A DNA stretch of 64,000 nt from Candidatus Multivorans sp. (GTDB taxonomy: Bacteria; Acidobacteriota; Thermoanaerobaculia; Multivoradales; Multivoraceae), in contig OZ245033.1 in the NCBI GenBank assembly GCA_965224025.1, forward strand, positions 1,056,001 to 1,120,000, in the 5' to 3' direction. Shown in pieces: positions 38,720 to 49,245 of this stretch. Each line of letters begins with the position of its first letter. Positions within the stretch are counted from its first letter, which is position 1. The position numbers and the translations under genes were made by a program. The notes beneath the pieces were generated by a model that saw only the letters and a list, made by a program, of their open reading frames with translations, did not search any database and was not told where the DNA came from.

Positions 38720-40393
38720 GTGCCGAACCACGCCAAGAGGCCTGTTCCGGAAGGCCCCGATCTGTGCGCGTGCGGGTTGCTGGGCGAGTTGCCGCGGCGG
38801 TTCCTCGACGGGCGTGAGCTCGACCTGCTCGAACCGCTGCGGTTCGCATTGCCGGGCGACGAGGATTCCTTGACGGCGCCGGCCGCTCCGGCGCTTGACC
38901 GCGGGCCCATCGCGGCCGCACTCGGCGAGCGGAACCACCGCTACGGCCACGCCGGCGCCGTCCGGCTCGCCGAGGCGCTCGCCGATCCGGAAACCCTGGT
39001 CGCGATCACGGGCCAGCAGTGCGGCCTAGGGGCCGGACCTCTGTTTACGCTGACGAAGGCGGCCGCTTGCACGCTCTGGGCGGAGGAACTAACGCGCCGG
39101 GGCCGGCGCGCGGTGCCCCTGTTCTGGATGGCGTCGGAAGACCACGATTTCGCCGAAGTGGCGCGCGCCTACTTTCCGCCCGCGGGGCCCGAGGCCCTGA
39201 CCCTGGGCGAGGATCCCGCGCCGCTCAGACCGGTGGGCGACCGGCCGCTGGGGTCGCCGGCGGAAGCGCTGCTGGCGCGGGTTCTGGACGCGGCCCCGAA
39301 CGACGACTACCGGCGCCGGATCGAGGACTGCCGGCAGCATCTCCGGCCCGACCGCTGCTTTACCGAGTCCTTCTCGCGGCTCATGGTCCGGTTCCTGGGC
39401 GACCGGTGCCCGCTCCTGGTCGATTCGCAGCTTCCCGCGCTCAAGTCGGCCTCCGCGCCGGTGCTGCGCCGTCTGATCGAGCGGCGGCGTCCGGTCGACC
39501 GGGCCCTGGGGGCGGCGGCGGCGGAACTCAAGCGCCGGGACATCCGGCTTCCGGTGCGGTCGAAGAGCGGAGAGGCGCCTCTGTTTCTCATCGACGCCGC
39601 CGGCGAGCGGCGGGGGGTGATTTGGGACGGGAACGGCGGTTACCGGCTGCGCGGCGGCGGCTCGGGCACGTTGGAGGAACTGCTCGACACCCTGAGCCGC
39701 GACCCGGATTCCCTGAGCCCCGGAGTCCTGGCGCGGCCGGCGGTGCAGGATGCGGTCTTCGGAACCGCGCTCATGATCCTCGGCCCGGGTGAACTGGCCT
39801 ACATGACTCAGGCCCGCGCAATCTACGGGGAACTGGAAGTTGCGGCGCCGGCGATCACTCTGCGGCCCCAGGTTCTGCTGTTGGGAGCGCGCGAGCGCCG
39901 GTGGCTGGAGGGGATCGAGGCGGAGGGAATCGATCTCGCAGATGTTCTTTCCCGGCCCGAGGAGCTCGACTGGCGCCTCGCGGCGCGTTACGGGCTCGAG
40001 TTCATCGCCTCCGCCCGCGCCAAGGTCGAGGCTGCGGTCGACGATCTGGCGGCTGGCCACGATTCGGTCGACCCGTCCCTGGCCGCCGCCTGGAGCAAGA
40101 CCGGGGCGAACCTTAGGCGGACGCTCGACCAATTCGAGCGGAGGGTCGTGGCGGCCGCCGCGCGCCGCGATGACGTCCTCAAGGGCCGGATCGAGAGGTT
40201 GCGCGAGCACTGCCTGCCGAACGGCCATCTGCAGGAGCGGGAGTTCACGTCGCTCCATTGCCTGGCGAGCTACGGCGCGGAACTGGTGCGCCGGTTGTCG
40301 TCGATGGACAGGGATCCGCGGCGGCTGCAGCCGCTGGCGATGGACGGGACCCCGCCGGGGGCCGCTGCAACCGCGGGCGGAGAGACCGCGTAG
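38720..40393 (+). CDS. bshC: Bacillithiol biosynthesis cysteine-adding enzyme BshC
   Basis: ITGQQ...GPL...K, FWMASEDHDFAEV, SPGVLARP, GPGELAY, LQER. Confidence 0.88.
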   Translation: MPNHAKRPVPEGPDLCACGLLGELPRRFLDGRELDLLEPLRFALPGDEDSLTAPAAPALDRGPIAAALGERNHRYGHAGAVRLAEALADPETLVAITGQQCGLGAGPLFTLTKAAACTLWAEELTRRGRRAVPLFWMASEDHDFAEVARAYFPPAGPEALTLGEDPAPLRPVGDRPLGSPAEALLARVLDAAPNDDYRRRIEDCRQHLRPDRCFTESFSRLMVRFLGDRCPLLVDSQLPALKSASAPVLRRLIERRRPVDRALGAAAAELKRRDIRLPVRSKSGEAPLFLIDAAGERRGVIWDGNGGYRLRGGGSGTLEELLDTLSRDPDSLSPGVLARPAVQDAVFGTALMILGPGELAYMTQARAIYGELEVAAPAITLRPQVLLLGARERRWLEGIEAEGIDLADVLSRPEELDWRLAARYGLEFIASARAKVEAAVDDLAAGHDSVDPSLAAAWSKTGANLRRTLDQFERRVVAAAARRDDVLKGRIERLREHCLPNGHLQEREFTSLHCLASYGAELVRRLSSMDRDPRRLQPLAMDGTPPGAAATAGGETA

Positions 40394-40404
40394 AAGGGAG
40401 TCGG

Positions 40405-41634
40405 ATGCTTGTTGGGATCTGTTGCTTCCCGAGTTTTGGGGGCTCCGGGGTTGTTGCCTCGGAGTTGGCTCTCGCGTTGGCCGAGAGCGGCGACTCCGTC
40501 CACGTCGTCAGTTCGACGCGGCCGCCGCGTCTGGCGGAGGCGCCGGGAGTTCATCATCACCCGGTCGACGGTTCGGGAATCCTGGAGTACGGGCTCTTCG
40601 ATCATCCGCCCTACACGCTGGCCCTGGCGAACCGGCTGGCACAGGTGGTCCGGGACTGCCTGCTGGACCTGATTCACGTTCACTACGCGGCGCCGCACGC
40701 GGTGGCCGCGCTGCTGGCGCGAGAGATGCTCGCGCAAGCGGCGGGCGGGCCGGGGCCCTGCCCGGTGGTCACGACGGTCCACGGAACGGACGTGACCCTC
40801 GTGGGCGCTCATCCGAACTACGGCGACATCGTCGGCTGGGCGCTCAGGGGCAGCGACGGCGTCACGGTCCCCAGCCACGCCCTGCAGCGGGAGGTCGCGG
40901 AGCGGTTCGCTCTCGACGATCCGGTCGAGGTGATCCCGAACTTCGTGCCCGTGGCCCGGGAGCCGGTATCGCGGGCAGCGTCGCGGGTCGCCGGAGCGGA
41001 CAACGGTCATGGCCCAGCGGCGCCGGACGCGCCTTCGGAACCGGGCATGCGGATCGTCCACATCTCGAACTTCCGGCCGGTGAAGCGAGTGGCGGATGTC
41101 GTTGCGGCGTTCGCTCTGGTCCGGCGCCAGCTTCCGGCGCAGCTCTGCCTGGTGGGCGACGGTCCCGACCGTTCCGCCGCGGAACGCCGATGTCGCGAAC
41201 TCGGGATCGCAGGCGATGTCACCTTCGTCGGCAACCAGGCTCGGGTAGAGCCGATCCTGCAACGGAGCGATCTGTTCCTGTCGGCGTCGGAGACCGAGAG
41301 TTTCGGGCTGGCGTCGCTAGAGGCCCTCGCCTGCGGCGTGCCCGTGGTGGCCACGCGCACCGGCGGCGTGCCCGAAGTGGTCTGCGAGGGCCGCAACGGA
41401 ATCCTGTGTCCGGTCGGCGACGTCGAGGCGCTGGCGCGGAGCTGCGTCGCCCTGCTCGGCGACTCTCCACGCCGTGAGGCCTTCGCCAGTCACGGCCGTC
41501 GTTGGGCCCGCTCCCGGTTCGACCGCGACGCGATCGTGGCGCGGTACCGGGAGGTCTACCGCGCTACACTGACGCCAGGAGGCGCCTCAGCACACAGGCC
41601 CGGCGAGGCGCTCGATGGGAAGGTAGACGCATGA
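40405..41634 (+). CDS. bshA: N-acetyl-alpha-D-glucosaminyl L-malate synthase BshA
   Basis: PSFGGSGVVASEL, HVHYAAPHA, TTVHGTD, HISNFRPVKR, ESFGL. Confidence 0.92.
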   Translation: MLVGICCFPSFGGSGVVASELALALAESGDSVHVVSSTRPPRLAEAPGVHHHPVDGSGILEYGLFDHPPYTLALANRLAQVVRDCLLDLIHVHYAAPHAVAALLAREMLAQAAGGPGPCPVVTTVHGTDVTLVGAHPNYGDIVGWALRGSDGVTVPSHALQREVAERFALDDPVEVIPNFVPVAREPVSRAASRVAGADNGHGPAAPDAPSEPGMRIVHISNFRPVKRVADVVAAFALVRRQLPAQLCLVGDGPDRSAAERRCRELGIAGDVTFVGNQARVEPILQRSDLFLSASETESFGLASLEALACGVPVVATRTGGVPEVVCEGRNGILCPVGDVEALARSCVALLGDSPRREAFASHGRRWARSRFDRDAIVARYREVYRATLTPGGASAHRPGEALDGKVDA

Positions 41635-41999
41635 CAGAACCGGCAGCGCCCCCGCCCACCCCGCCGCCTCCTTCTGCTCCGGCATCGAACCGGAACCTGA
41701 TGGTGGTTCTCGCCTACCTCTGGATCCTGGTTCTCGTGCCCCTCCTCATCGAGGAGAAGGACGACGAGGTGAAGTGGCACGCGAAGCACGGCCTCGTCCT
41801 GATGGGCGCGGAGTTCGGGCTGTGGATCGTGATCCAGATCGCGCTGTTCGTGACCGGGGGCATCGGCTGCCTGCTGGCGCCGTTCATTTTCATGGCGTTC
41901 GTGGCCTTCGTGCTGGTGCGGATCGCGTGCATCGTGCAGGGAATCAACGGCCGACGACTCAAGGTGCCTCTGCTGACGCCATTGGTCGACCGCTTCTGA
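41631..41999 (+). CDS. DUF4870-like membrane protein
   Basis: LAYLWIL...KWHAKHG...3 TM, C-terminal K.P motif. Confidence 0.7.
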   Translation: MTEPAAPPPTPPPPSAPASNRNLMVVLAYLWILVLVPLLIEEKDDEVKWHAKHGLVLMGAEFGLWIVIQIALFVTGGIGCLLAPFIFMAFVAFVLVRIACIVQGINGRRLKVPLLTPLVDRF

Positions 42000-42049
42000 G
42001 CGTTCGACGCCAGACCCGAAGACTGAAGCTCTCCCCGAAGAGGGTGCTG

Positions 42050-42388
42050 ATGTTCGCGGCTCCGGCGCTCTGTGTCCTCTTGGCTTTCGACCTCGTGCGG
42101 CGGCCGGAGAACCAGTACGCCGTGAGGGTCGCCGATGCGCTGCTCGGCGTGTACCAGACGGCGCTTTCGCCGCTTCTTGTTCGCGCTGGTGTCCGCTGCC
42201 GCTTCGTGCCCTCGTGCAGCGAGCACGCCCGGGCGCAGGTCCGGGCGCGCGGTCTTGCTGCCGGCGGTCTGCGCAGTGTGGCGCGCCTGGCCCGGTGCGG
42301 GCCGTGGACGCCGTTCGGCACTGTCGATCCACCCACGCCACGCCGGGCGGTGGCCGCAGGCCGGCTGTGGCAAGAGACGTTGCGGTGA
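42050..42388 (+). CDS. Second YidD-like protein
   Basis: YQTALSP...CRFVPSCSEH...RCGPW...GTVDP; start approximate. Confidence 0.8.
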   Translation: MFAAPALCVLLAFDLVRRPENQYAVRVADALLGVYQTALSPLLVRAGVRCRFVPSCSEHARAQVRARGLAAGGLRSVARLARCGPWTPFGTVDPPTPRRAVAAGRLWQETLR

Positions 42389-42735
42389 CCATCTGGCCCA
42401 CCGAAGTACGGCGCGATCACGAAGCGCGGCTGCTGCGCGTCCGCTGGCAGGACGGCCACGAGAGCGACTACGAGTACGACGTCCTGCGCGGCTACTGCCC
42501 CTGCGCCGTGTGCCAGGGGCACAACGCCGGTCCACTGCGGTATCAACCGCCGCCGCGGCCGGTGACCGCCCAGACAGTGTCCCAGGTCGGCAACTACGCC
42601 CTCGGCATCGCCTGGTCCGACGGCCACTGGACGGGCATCTACCGCTTCGACCTCCTGCGCCGGCTCTGCCCATGTGACGAGTGCGGGGAGCGTCGATCAG
42701 GAGCCGGCGGGTCGCAGGGAGGCCGGGTCGAATAG
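42385..42735 (+). CDS. DUF971 / gamma-butyrobetaine hydroxylase N-terminal-like Zn protein
   Basis: W.DGH...LRGYCPCAVC, VGNYAL.I.WSDGH.TGIY. Confidence 0.88.
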   Translation: MTIWPTEVRRDHEARLLRVRWQDGHESDYEYDVLRGYCPCAVCQGHNAGPLRYQPPPRPVTAQTVSQVGNYALGIAWSDGHWTGIYRFDLLRRLCPCDECGERRSGAGGSQGGRVE

Positions 42736-43425
42736 CCGCCGGGCGCGATCCCAGTCGTCGGCCGTGTTCACGTTCAGCAGGACCCGGTCCGGCTCGCCGA
42801 AGCGCGCCGCTCCGATCGGCTCGATCTTCAGGCGCGAGCAGCGGGTGAGTGGATAGAGCCGAAAGTCACCGCGCTTCACCCGCGCCTCGAGCAGGGCGAG
42901 CGCCGCCGGTGTCCACAGTGCGCAGGTCGCGTTCATGGAGCGTGGGTCCGCCGGGTCCGTGGTGGCCGGCGCCAACTCGGCCTTGGAAGCGGCCACGGCG
43001 CCAAGCAGTGCCACGGGCGCCAGCGGGAGGTCGCAGGCGAGCACGAGCAGCCGACACTTCGGCCGTGACCGGGCCGCGCCGAGCACACCGGCCGCCGGTC
43101 CTGAACCAGGGCCATCGCCAACGACGGACACCGGCGCCTTGCGCCCCCTGGGAACGCGGGCGTCTCGCCCGCATCCGCCCGAATCGACTCTACTGTCGGC
43201 GTCGCCCGCAGCCACGACGACCTCTTCGACTGCGGCGACCTCGGTAAGTCGGATCACGGCCCATTCCACGAGCGTAGGCCCCGGCTCGCCCGGCCGCTGA
43301 CCCGGCAGACGAAGACCGGCCTTGCTTTGCCCCAGGCGGCTACCGGCACCGCCCGCCAGGACCACGCCCAGGAGACTGCTAGGCTCCGTCTCCGCGCCTG
43401 CGGCATGCGGCCCGGGCGGATTCAC
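42697..43425 (-). CDS. mobA: Molybdenum cofactor guanylyltransferase
   Basis: [29 protein letters not shown]; start approximate. Confidence 0.85.
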   Translation of the reverse strand: MNPPGPHAAGAETEPSSLLGVVLAGGAGSRLGQSKAGLRLPGQRPGEPGPTLVEWAVIRLTEVAAVEEVVVAAGDADSRVDSGGCGRDARVPRGRKAPVSVVGDGPGSGPAAGVLGAARSRPKCRLLVLACDLPLAPVALLGAVAASKAELAPATTDPADPRSMNATCALWTPAALALLEARVKRGDFRLYPLTRCSRLKIEPIGAARFGEPDRVLLNVNTADDWDRARRLFDPASLRPAGS

Positions 43426-43442
43426 CTCTGGAGACTCGTCAG

Positions 43443-44033
43443 ATGCACAGTTCACGGGCCGGACCATGGAGTCGCTTCTTGATTTTCGCTGCTACGACCG
43501 TTCTTCTCGCCGCGCCGGCCGTGGGCCAGGACGCCGCCCCGAGGGTAGCCCTCGAAACGAACCACGGCACGATCGTGCTGGAACTCAATCCGGAGAAGGC
43601 GCCGATCACGGTAGCCAACTTCCTCCAGTACGTCGAATCGGGCTGGTACGACGGCACGATTTTTCACAGGGTAAGGGACGATTTCATGATCCAGGGCGGC
43701 GGCTTCGACACGAGGCTGCAGAAGAAGATCACCCGTGCGCCCATAAAGAACGAGGCTGATAGCGGGCTTCCAAACGACCGCGGCACGATCGCCATGGCCA
43801 GGACTGACGACCCGGACAGTGCCACGGCCCAGTTCTTCATCAACCTCTTGGACAACGACTTCTTGAATCGAGAGGAAGCTCGCGACGGATTTGGCTATGC
43901 GGTGTTCGGCAAGGTCGTCGAGGGCGTGGATGTGATCGATGCCATCGCAACCGTAGAGGTCAACCGGCCCGGTCAGTTGAGCGAGGCCCAGCCGGTCGAC
44001 ACCGTCGTCATCAAGAGCGCCAAGCGTCAGTAG
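43443..44033 (+). CDS. Cyclophilin-type peptidyl-prolyl isomerase, exported
   Basis: [41 protein letters not shown]. Confidence 0.94.
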   Translation: MHSSRAGPWSRFLIFAATTVLLAAPAVGQDAAPRVALETNHGTIVLELNPEKAPITVANFLQYVESGWYDGTIFHRVRDDFMIQGGGFDTRLQKKITRAPIKNEADSGLPNDRGTIAMARTDDPDSATAQFFINLLDNDFLNREEARDGFGYAVFGKVVEGVDVIDAIATVEVNRPGQLSEAQPVDTVVIKSAKRQ

Positions 44034-44078
44034 CGGGCCGGTGGTTCGGCGGTGTCGCGGATTTTGGCGGTCGCCGCT

Positions 44079-44240
44079 TGAGGTGGTCCCGGAAAACTGG
44101 ACAGGTGGCTAAGGTGTACTCCTCGACCGAGAGGAGGAGTCAGGATGAAGAGGAAGCGTCGGAAGTTCACGGCGGCTTCGAACGGCCGCCAGCGAGCCGA
44201 ACGGCTGGGGCGGAGTGCCGTCCGCGATCTGAGCGTCGAT
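44079..44240 (+). mobile_element. IS3-family left-end remnant
   Basis: TGAGGTGGTCCCGGAAAACTGGACA resembles IS3-type IRL; strong RBS then decayed OrfA start MKRKRRKFT. Confidence 0.55.
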
Positions 44241-44581
44241 GTACTGCCTGGCCGTAGGCTTCGTCGGTGCGGCAGCCGTCCGGGGATCCAAGCCTCAGCC
44301 TGCGGCGCAGAGATCCGCCGCTGACAGAGTTATGCCTACGCGGCGTACTCGTTGGTCGGAGCATTCCAACTCAGCCGCAATGCGTTCCTCCGGGTCTTCT
44401 ATTTCGTCGGCAATTCGGCAGAGTGCCTCCGCTCTTGCTCAACACCTGGCAACGTCGGCCATGGCTGCGATGCAATGAGGGGCAGCACGATCCCATACTC
44501 GCGCGGGAATCCCCGCAATTGGTTCGCCGCCCCTCTGGCCGCTTGGTTCCAGGCAGGCTGTTTCCGTCTTCGCGGAGGTGG

Positions 44582-44666
44582 TGGTGCCGAAGGCCGGACT
44601 CGAACCGGCACGGGTTGCCCCACACGGCCCTCAACCGTGCGCGTCTACCAATTCCGCCACTTCGGC
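44582..44666 (-). tRNA. tRNA-Leu(GAG)
   Basis: GCCGAAG...TT-GAG-GG...CTTCGGCACCA; follows secG. Confidence 0.95.
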
Positions 44667-44702
44667 CCAGTCACGTCTCGTTGATTCGTCAGGTCGCTTG
44701 AG

Positions 44703-45101
44703 TCAGCCCTGGTTGCCGCTTCCGTCTCCGGCGTCCGGTTCGGCTGACTCGCCGTCCTCCGCCGGGGCCGTCTGAGGCTCGTCCGCCGGTGCGGCCGGCG
44801 CGGCGCCAGTCTCCGGCTCGGTGGCCTCGACCTCGTCCATGACGGAATCGACACCGCTCATGACTGACGATGTGCCTTGTTTCTGCACGATGTTGATGGT
44901 CAGCGTCGTCCCGATGAAGAGCACGAAGCAGACGACAGTCAGCTTGTGCAGCAGAGTCGCCGCTCCCCGGGCGCCGAAGGCGGCCTGGGACGCTCCTCCG
45001 CCGAACACGGACAGATCGGCACCCTTGCCCTGCTGCAACAGGACGACGAGAACCAGAAACAACGAGAGCGCCACGTGGACGGCATAGAAGACAAGGATCA
45101 C
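44703..45101 (-). CDS. secG: Preprotein translocase subunit SecG
   Basis: VLLQQGKGADL..FGGG..Q..FG.RG...L.KLT. Confidence 0.93.
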   Translation of the reverse strand: MILVFYAVHVALSLFLVLVVLLQQGKGADLSVFGGGASQAAFGARGAATLLHKLTVVCFVLFIGTTLTINIVQKQGTSSVMSGVDSVMDEVEATEPETGAAPAAPADEPQTAPAEDGESAEPDAGDGSGNQG

Positions 45102-45130
45102 GAGAATCTCCTCGAAGCGGTTCCGTTTGT

Positions 45131-45916
45131 CTAAGGCGCTGTACCGCCGGCGGAACCCGCAGAAAGACGAATGATACGCAGGAACGAGGCAGGATCAAGG
45201 CTTGCGCCGCCAATGAGAAAGCCGTCGATGTCGACGCGGCTCAGCAGATCCCGGCAGTTGTCGCCGTTGACGGACCCGCCGTAGAGGATGCGCGCGGTGT
45301 CGCCGAGGCCGGGCCGGTGGCCGTTGATCGCGCTCCGCAGGTGGCTGTGGACGGCGGCCGCGACCTCCGGCGAGGCGCTCAGGCCGGTGCCGATCGCCCA
45401 CACCGGTTCGTAGGCGAGCACGGCGCCGGCCGCGGCGTCACCGTCGGCGGCGTCCAGTACACCGAGAACGGCCGCCAACTGTGCGTCGAGGATCGCCTCC
45501 GTCTTGCCCTGCTGGCGCTGCTCCAGCGTTTCGCCGACGCAGACCATGGGCGTCAGATCGGCTGCGAGAGCCCGCTCGGCCTTGCGCGCGACGTCGGCGT
45601 TCGATTCGCCGTGGTACTGCCGTCTTTCCGAGTGCCCGGCCAGGGCCCACGTGGCGCCGGCGTCCCGGGCCTGGGCGGCGGCGACGTCGCCGGTGTAGGC
45701 GCCCTTCTCCTCGGCATGGACGTCCTGCGCCCCGACCGATGCCCACTGCGGCATGGCGCGGGCGGCCACATCCAGGTAGACCGGGGTTGGAAACAGGACG
45801 ACATCGAGGTCAGTCTCGCCCGGCCCGGCCGCGGCCAGCGCCCTGGCATAGGCGACGATCTCGGCCCGGAGCAGGTTCATCTTCCAGTTGCCGGCGATGA
45901 TGGGCTTGCGCTTCAT
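45131..45916 (-). CDS. tpiA: Triosephosphate isomerase
   Basis: AGNWKMN, GHSERR, AYEPVWAIGTG, YGGSV, GGASL. Confidence 0.97.
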   Translation of the reverse strand: MKRKPIIAGNWKMNLLRAEIVAYARALAAAGPGETDLDVVLFPTPVYLDVAARAMPQWASVGAQDVHAEEKGAYTGDVAAAQARDAGATWALAGHSERRQYHGESNADVARKAERALAADLTPMVCVGETLEQRQQGKTEAILDAQLAAVLGVLDAADGDAAAGAVLAYEPVWAIGTGLSASPEVAAAVHSHLRSAINGHRPGLGDTARILYGGSVNGDNCRDLLSRVDIDGFLIGGASLDPASFLRIIRLSAGSAGGTAP

Positions 45917-47145
45917 TGTTCTCTCCTGGCGGTCCTGCGCAACGCTTCGACCGCCGGCAGTTCTTCGCCCGCGAGCAACGCCAGGGAGGCGCCGCCGCCG
46001 GTCGAGACGTGATCGATCCGGTCGGCCAGACCCTCCTGCTTCACCGCGGCCACCGTCTCGCCGCCGCCGACGGCGGCAAACCCCGGGCAGGCGGCGACCG
46101 CACGCGCCACCGCCCGGCTGCCGGCATCGAAGGGCGGCGTTTCGAAGACGCCCATGGGTCCGTTCCAGAACAGCGTCGCGGCGTCCGCCGTGGCGCCGGC
46201 GAACGCGTTCCGGGTCGTGGGGCCGATATCGACCGCCAGCCACCCGCTTGGCACGCCGCCGTCGGCCGGCACCGTGCGGTGCTGTCTTCCATCCGCTGGC
46301 GCGTCGAGCGAGTCGGTGACCACGAGATCACTTGGCAGGAGCAGTTCGGCGCCGCGAGTCGCCGTGTCCGCTTCGATCGCTCCCGCGAGGTCGAGGCCCT
46401 CCCGCTCCACCAGGGAGGATCCCAGATCCACGCCCCGGGCGGCGAGAAAGGTGTTCGACATACCGCCGCCAACGAGCACGCGGTCGACCAGGGGCAGCAG
46501 GTGGAGCAGCGCGTCGATCTTGCCTCGGATCTTGGCGCCGCCGACGATCAGCACGAAGGGCCGCGGAGGATCGTCGAGCAGGCGGCCGAGCTGCCGCAGT
46601 TCGCGGTCCAGCAGCAGACCGCCAAAGGCCTGATCCACCCGGTCGCAGACGGCCGCGGTCGACGCGTGAGCGCGGTGCGCGGCGCCGAAGGCGTCGTTCA
46701 CGTAGATCTCGCCCAGGGCCGCAAGGTCGGCGGCAAGCGCCGGATCGTTGCGCTCTTCGCCGGCGTGGAAGCGGAGGTTCTCGCACAGGCAGACCCCGCC
46801 GTCGTCGAGAGCCTCCGCGGCCTCCAGGGCGGCCGGGCCGACGCAGTTCGCCGCGAAGGCGACGGCGCGGTCGAGTACCTTTGCCAGCGCGTCGGCCACC
46901 GGGCGCAGGCTGAACTCTGGGTCGACCCTGCCCCGGGGCCGGCCGCGGTGGGAAAGCAGGACGACACGGGCGCCGGCATCGCAGAGGGCGCGGATCGTCG
47001 GCGCCGCTTCGCGCAGCCTCGTCGCGTCGAGCACCTGTCCGCCCGCCATGGGAACGTTGAAGTCGACCCGTACGACGACTCGCCGGCCGCGGAGGTCGAA
47101 CGAACCGTCGGCGAGCGCGGCTTGGAGGCTGGGGGGAGGAATCAC
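45913..47145 (-). CDS. pgk: Phosphoglycerate kinase
   Basis: RVDFNVP, ENLRF, NDAFGAAHRAHAS, WNGPMGVFE, STGGGASL; start approximate. Confidence 0.96.
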   Translation of the reverse strand: MIPPPSLQAALADGSFDLRGRRVVVRVDFNVPMAGGQVLDATRLREAAPTIRALCDAGARVVLLSHRGRPRGRVDPEFSLRPVADALAKVLDRAVAFAANCVGPAALEAAEALDDGGVCLCENLRFHAGEERNDPALAADLAALGEIYVNDAFGAAHRAHASTAAVCDRVDQAFGGLLLDRELRQLGRLLDDPPRPFVLIVGGAKIRGKIDALLHLLPLVDRVLVGGGMSNTFLAARGVDLGSSLVEREGLDLAGAIEADTATRGAELLLPSDLVVTDSLDAPADGRQHRTVPADGGVPSGWLAVDIGPTTRNAFAGATADAATLFWNGPMGVFETPPFDAGSRAVARAVAACPGFAAVGGGETVAAVKQEGLADRIDHVSTGGGASLALLAGEELPAVEALRRTARREQ

Positions 47146-47239
47146 GGTGGTACTGGCGCGAAAGGTTCGTTCTTCGCGCAAAGCCGATGGCGCCGCTACC
47201 GGGCGCGGAACTGCGGAGGATGAGGATAACGTCGCCGGC

Positions 47240-48352
47240 ATGTCCTTGACGGCCGGGGATGCGACGGCGTTCCGGGGATTCGTCCTCGGCATCGAAACCT
47301 CCTGCGACGACACGGCATGCGCGGTGCTCGACGGCGAGGGTCGGGTGCTCTCGTCCCAGGTTTCGAGCCAACTGGAGGTCCATCGCCCCTTCGGTGGCGT
47401 TGTGCCGGAGGCGGCGTCGCGCGAGCATCTCCGGAACTGGCCGGCGGTTTCGGACGCGGCGCTGGCGGAGGCGGGGATCGGCTGGTCGGACATCGGGGCG
47501 GTCGCCGCGACCCGGGGACCCGGGCTGGTGGGGTCGCTCCTGGTCGGGCTGTCCCTCGGCAAGGCGATCAGCTACTCCCTGGGGACGCCGTTCCTTGCCG
47601 TCCACCACCTGGAAGGGCATCTGTTCTCGCCCCTGCTCGGGATCGACGGCGGGAGCCAGCCGCTGCCCGAGTCGATGCTGGGTCTGGTCGTGTCCGGCGG
47701 CCACACCAGCCTGCTCGAGGTGGACGGCGGAACGGGCGCCGTGACGAGCCTTGCCGAGACCCGCGACGACGCGGTCGGGGAAGCGTTCGACAAGGTCGGC
47801 CGCCGGCTCGGGCTGCCGTTTCCCGGCGGCGCCGAAGTCGACCGGCTGGCCGAACTGGGCGATCCGTCAGCGTGGCGGTTCGGCACAGCCAGAATCAGCT
47901 CGAACGAGCTGGCCTTCTCGTACTCGGGCCTGAAGAGTCAGGCTCTGCGGGCGCTGGGGGAGACCCTGACCCGGACCGGGATTCCGCCGGCGGCGCTCGG
48001 AGGTGACGACGATGCATGGCCGCGCGAAGTGCTCGACCTGCTGGCGGGCTTCCGGCGGGCCGCCGTGGACCAGTTGCTCCAGCGCCTGGACCGCCTCTGC
48101 GTCGAGCGTCCCGTGACGCGCCTCTCGGTATCGGGCGGCGTGGCGGCGAACCGTCTGCTGCGGCGGGAGGTGACGGCCTGGGGCGAACGCCGTGGCGTCG
48201 AGGTACTGCTCGTGCCGCTCCGGTTCAGCGGCGACAACGCGGCGATGATCGCGCACGCCGGCCTGCTGCGCCTTCGCAGGGGCGACGCGGACGATCCGCG
48301 CTCGGCGGACGCCGAAAGCAGGATTCCCTTCGCGCCGGGCGTCTCATTGTGA
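47240..48352 (+). CDS. tsaD: tRNA N6-threonylcarbamoyltransferase TsaD
   Basis: GIETSCDDT, GGVVPE.ASREH, HHLEGH, SGGHT, DDAVGEAFDK, GGVAAN, DNAAMIA. Confidence 0.96.
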   Translation: MSLTAGDATAFRGFVLGIETSCDDTACAVLDGEGRVLSSQVSSQLEVHRPFGGVVPEAASREHLRNWPAVSDAALAEAGIGWSDIGAVAATRGPGLVGSLLVGLSLGKAISYSLGTPFLAVHHLEGHLFSPLLGIDGGSQPLPESMLGLVVSGGHTSLLEVDGGTGAVTSLAETRDDAVGEAFDKVGRRLGLPFPGGAEVDRLAELGDPSAWRFGTARISSNELAFSYSGLKSQALRALGETLTRTGIPPAALGGDDDAWPREVLDLLAGFRRAAVDQLLQRLDRLCVERPVTRLSVSGGVAANRLLRREVTAWGERRGVEVLLVPLRFSGDNAAMIAHAGLLRLRRGDADDPRSADAESRIPFAPGVSL

Positions 48353-48438
48353 CCCGGGTCTTCTGACCCGGGCCAGGTCACTTGGGCCGCGCAAGACCGT
48401 CCCATAGTGACCCGGGTCTTCTGACCCGGGCCAGGTCA
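48349..48438. repeat. Two identical 32-bp palindromic (REP-like) direct repeats
   Basis: GTGACCCGGGTCTTCTGACCCGGGCCAGGTCA at 48349-48380 and 48407-48438, between convergent genes. Confidence 0.85.
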
Positions 48439-48452
48439 AAACGCCTAGCCGC

Positions 48453-49232
48453 TCACTCTATGACCCCGCCCACCGGCGAAGACGCGGTCGCATACAGCTT
48501 CCGGGGGATGCGGCCCGCGTGCGCAGCCAGCCAGCCGGCTTCGACCGCCAGCTTCATCGCCCGCGCCATCCGCACCGGATCCTCGGCGCCGGCGACGCCG
48601 GTGTTCATCAGCACGCCATCCGCGCCGAGTTCCATGGCCAGAGCGGCGTCGCTGGCGGTGCCGACGCCGGCGTCCACGATCACCGGCATGTTGGCCTGCT
48701 CGACGATGATCCGGAGATTGGCGGGATTGCGGATGCCCATGCCGGAGCCGATGGGCGCGGCGAGCGGCATCACGGCCGCCGCGCCGAGATCCTCGAGCTT
48801 GCGGCAGGTGATCGGATCGTCCGTCGTGTAGGGGAGGACGATGAAGCCGTCGGCAACGAGTTCCCGGGTCGCCACGAGCAGCTCCTCGTTGTCCGGGAAG
48901 AGGGTCTTCTCGTCGCCGATCACCTCCAGCTTGACCCAGTTCCAGCCACCCAGCTCGCGCGCCAGACGGGCGGTGCGGATCGCGTCGTCCGCGGTGTAGC
49001 AGGCGGCCGTGTTGGGCAGCAGCAGGTAGCGCTTCTGGTCGATGTGGTCGATCAGGGAGCCCTTTCCCAGGTCGTCGAGGTTCACCCGGCGCAGCGCCAC
49101 GGTGACCATCTCGGCGCCCGAGGCGGCGAAGGCGTCGACCATCACCTGCTCGTCGCGGTACTTGCCGGTTCCGAGGATGAGTCGCGAGCTGAACTCGCGG
49201 CCGGCGACAACAAGAGGCTCCGGTTTGGTCAT
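48453..49232 (-). CDS. thiG: Thiazole synthase
   Basis: [41 protein letters not shown]. Confidence 0.96.
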   Translation of the reverse strand: MTKPEPLVVAGREFSSRLILGTGKYRDEQVMVDAFAASGAEMVTVALRRVNLDDLGKGSLIDHIDQKRYLLLPNTAACYTADDAIRTARLARELGGWNWVKLEVIGDEKTLFPDNEELLVATRELVADGFIVLPYTTDDPITCRKLEDLGAAAVMPLAAPIGSGMGIRNPANLRIIVEQANMPVIVDAGVGTASDAALAMELGADGVLMNTGVAGAEDPVRMARAMKLAVEAGWLAAHAGRIPRKLYATASSPVGGVIE

Positions 49233-49245
49233 GGCGGTCTGTTTC

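Noticed and set aside
48349-48438. Mini-CRISPR array
   Set aside because: Only two repeats, no leader and no cas genes; REP-like context between convergent genes
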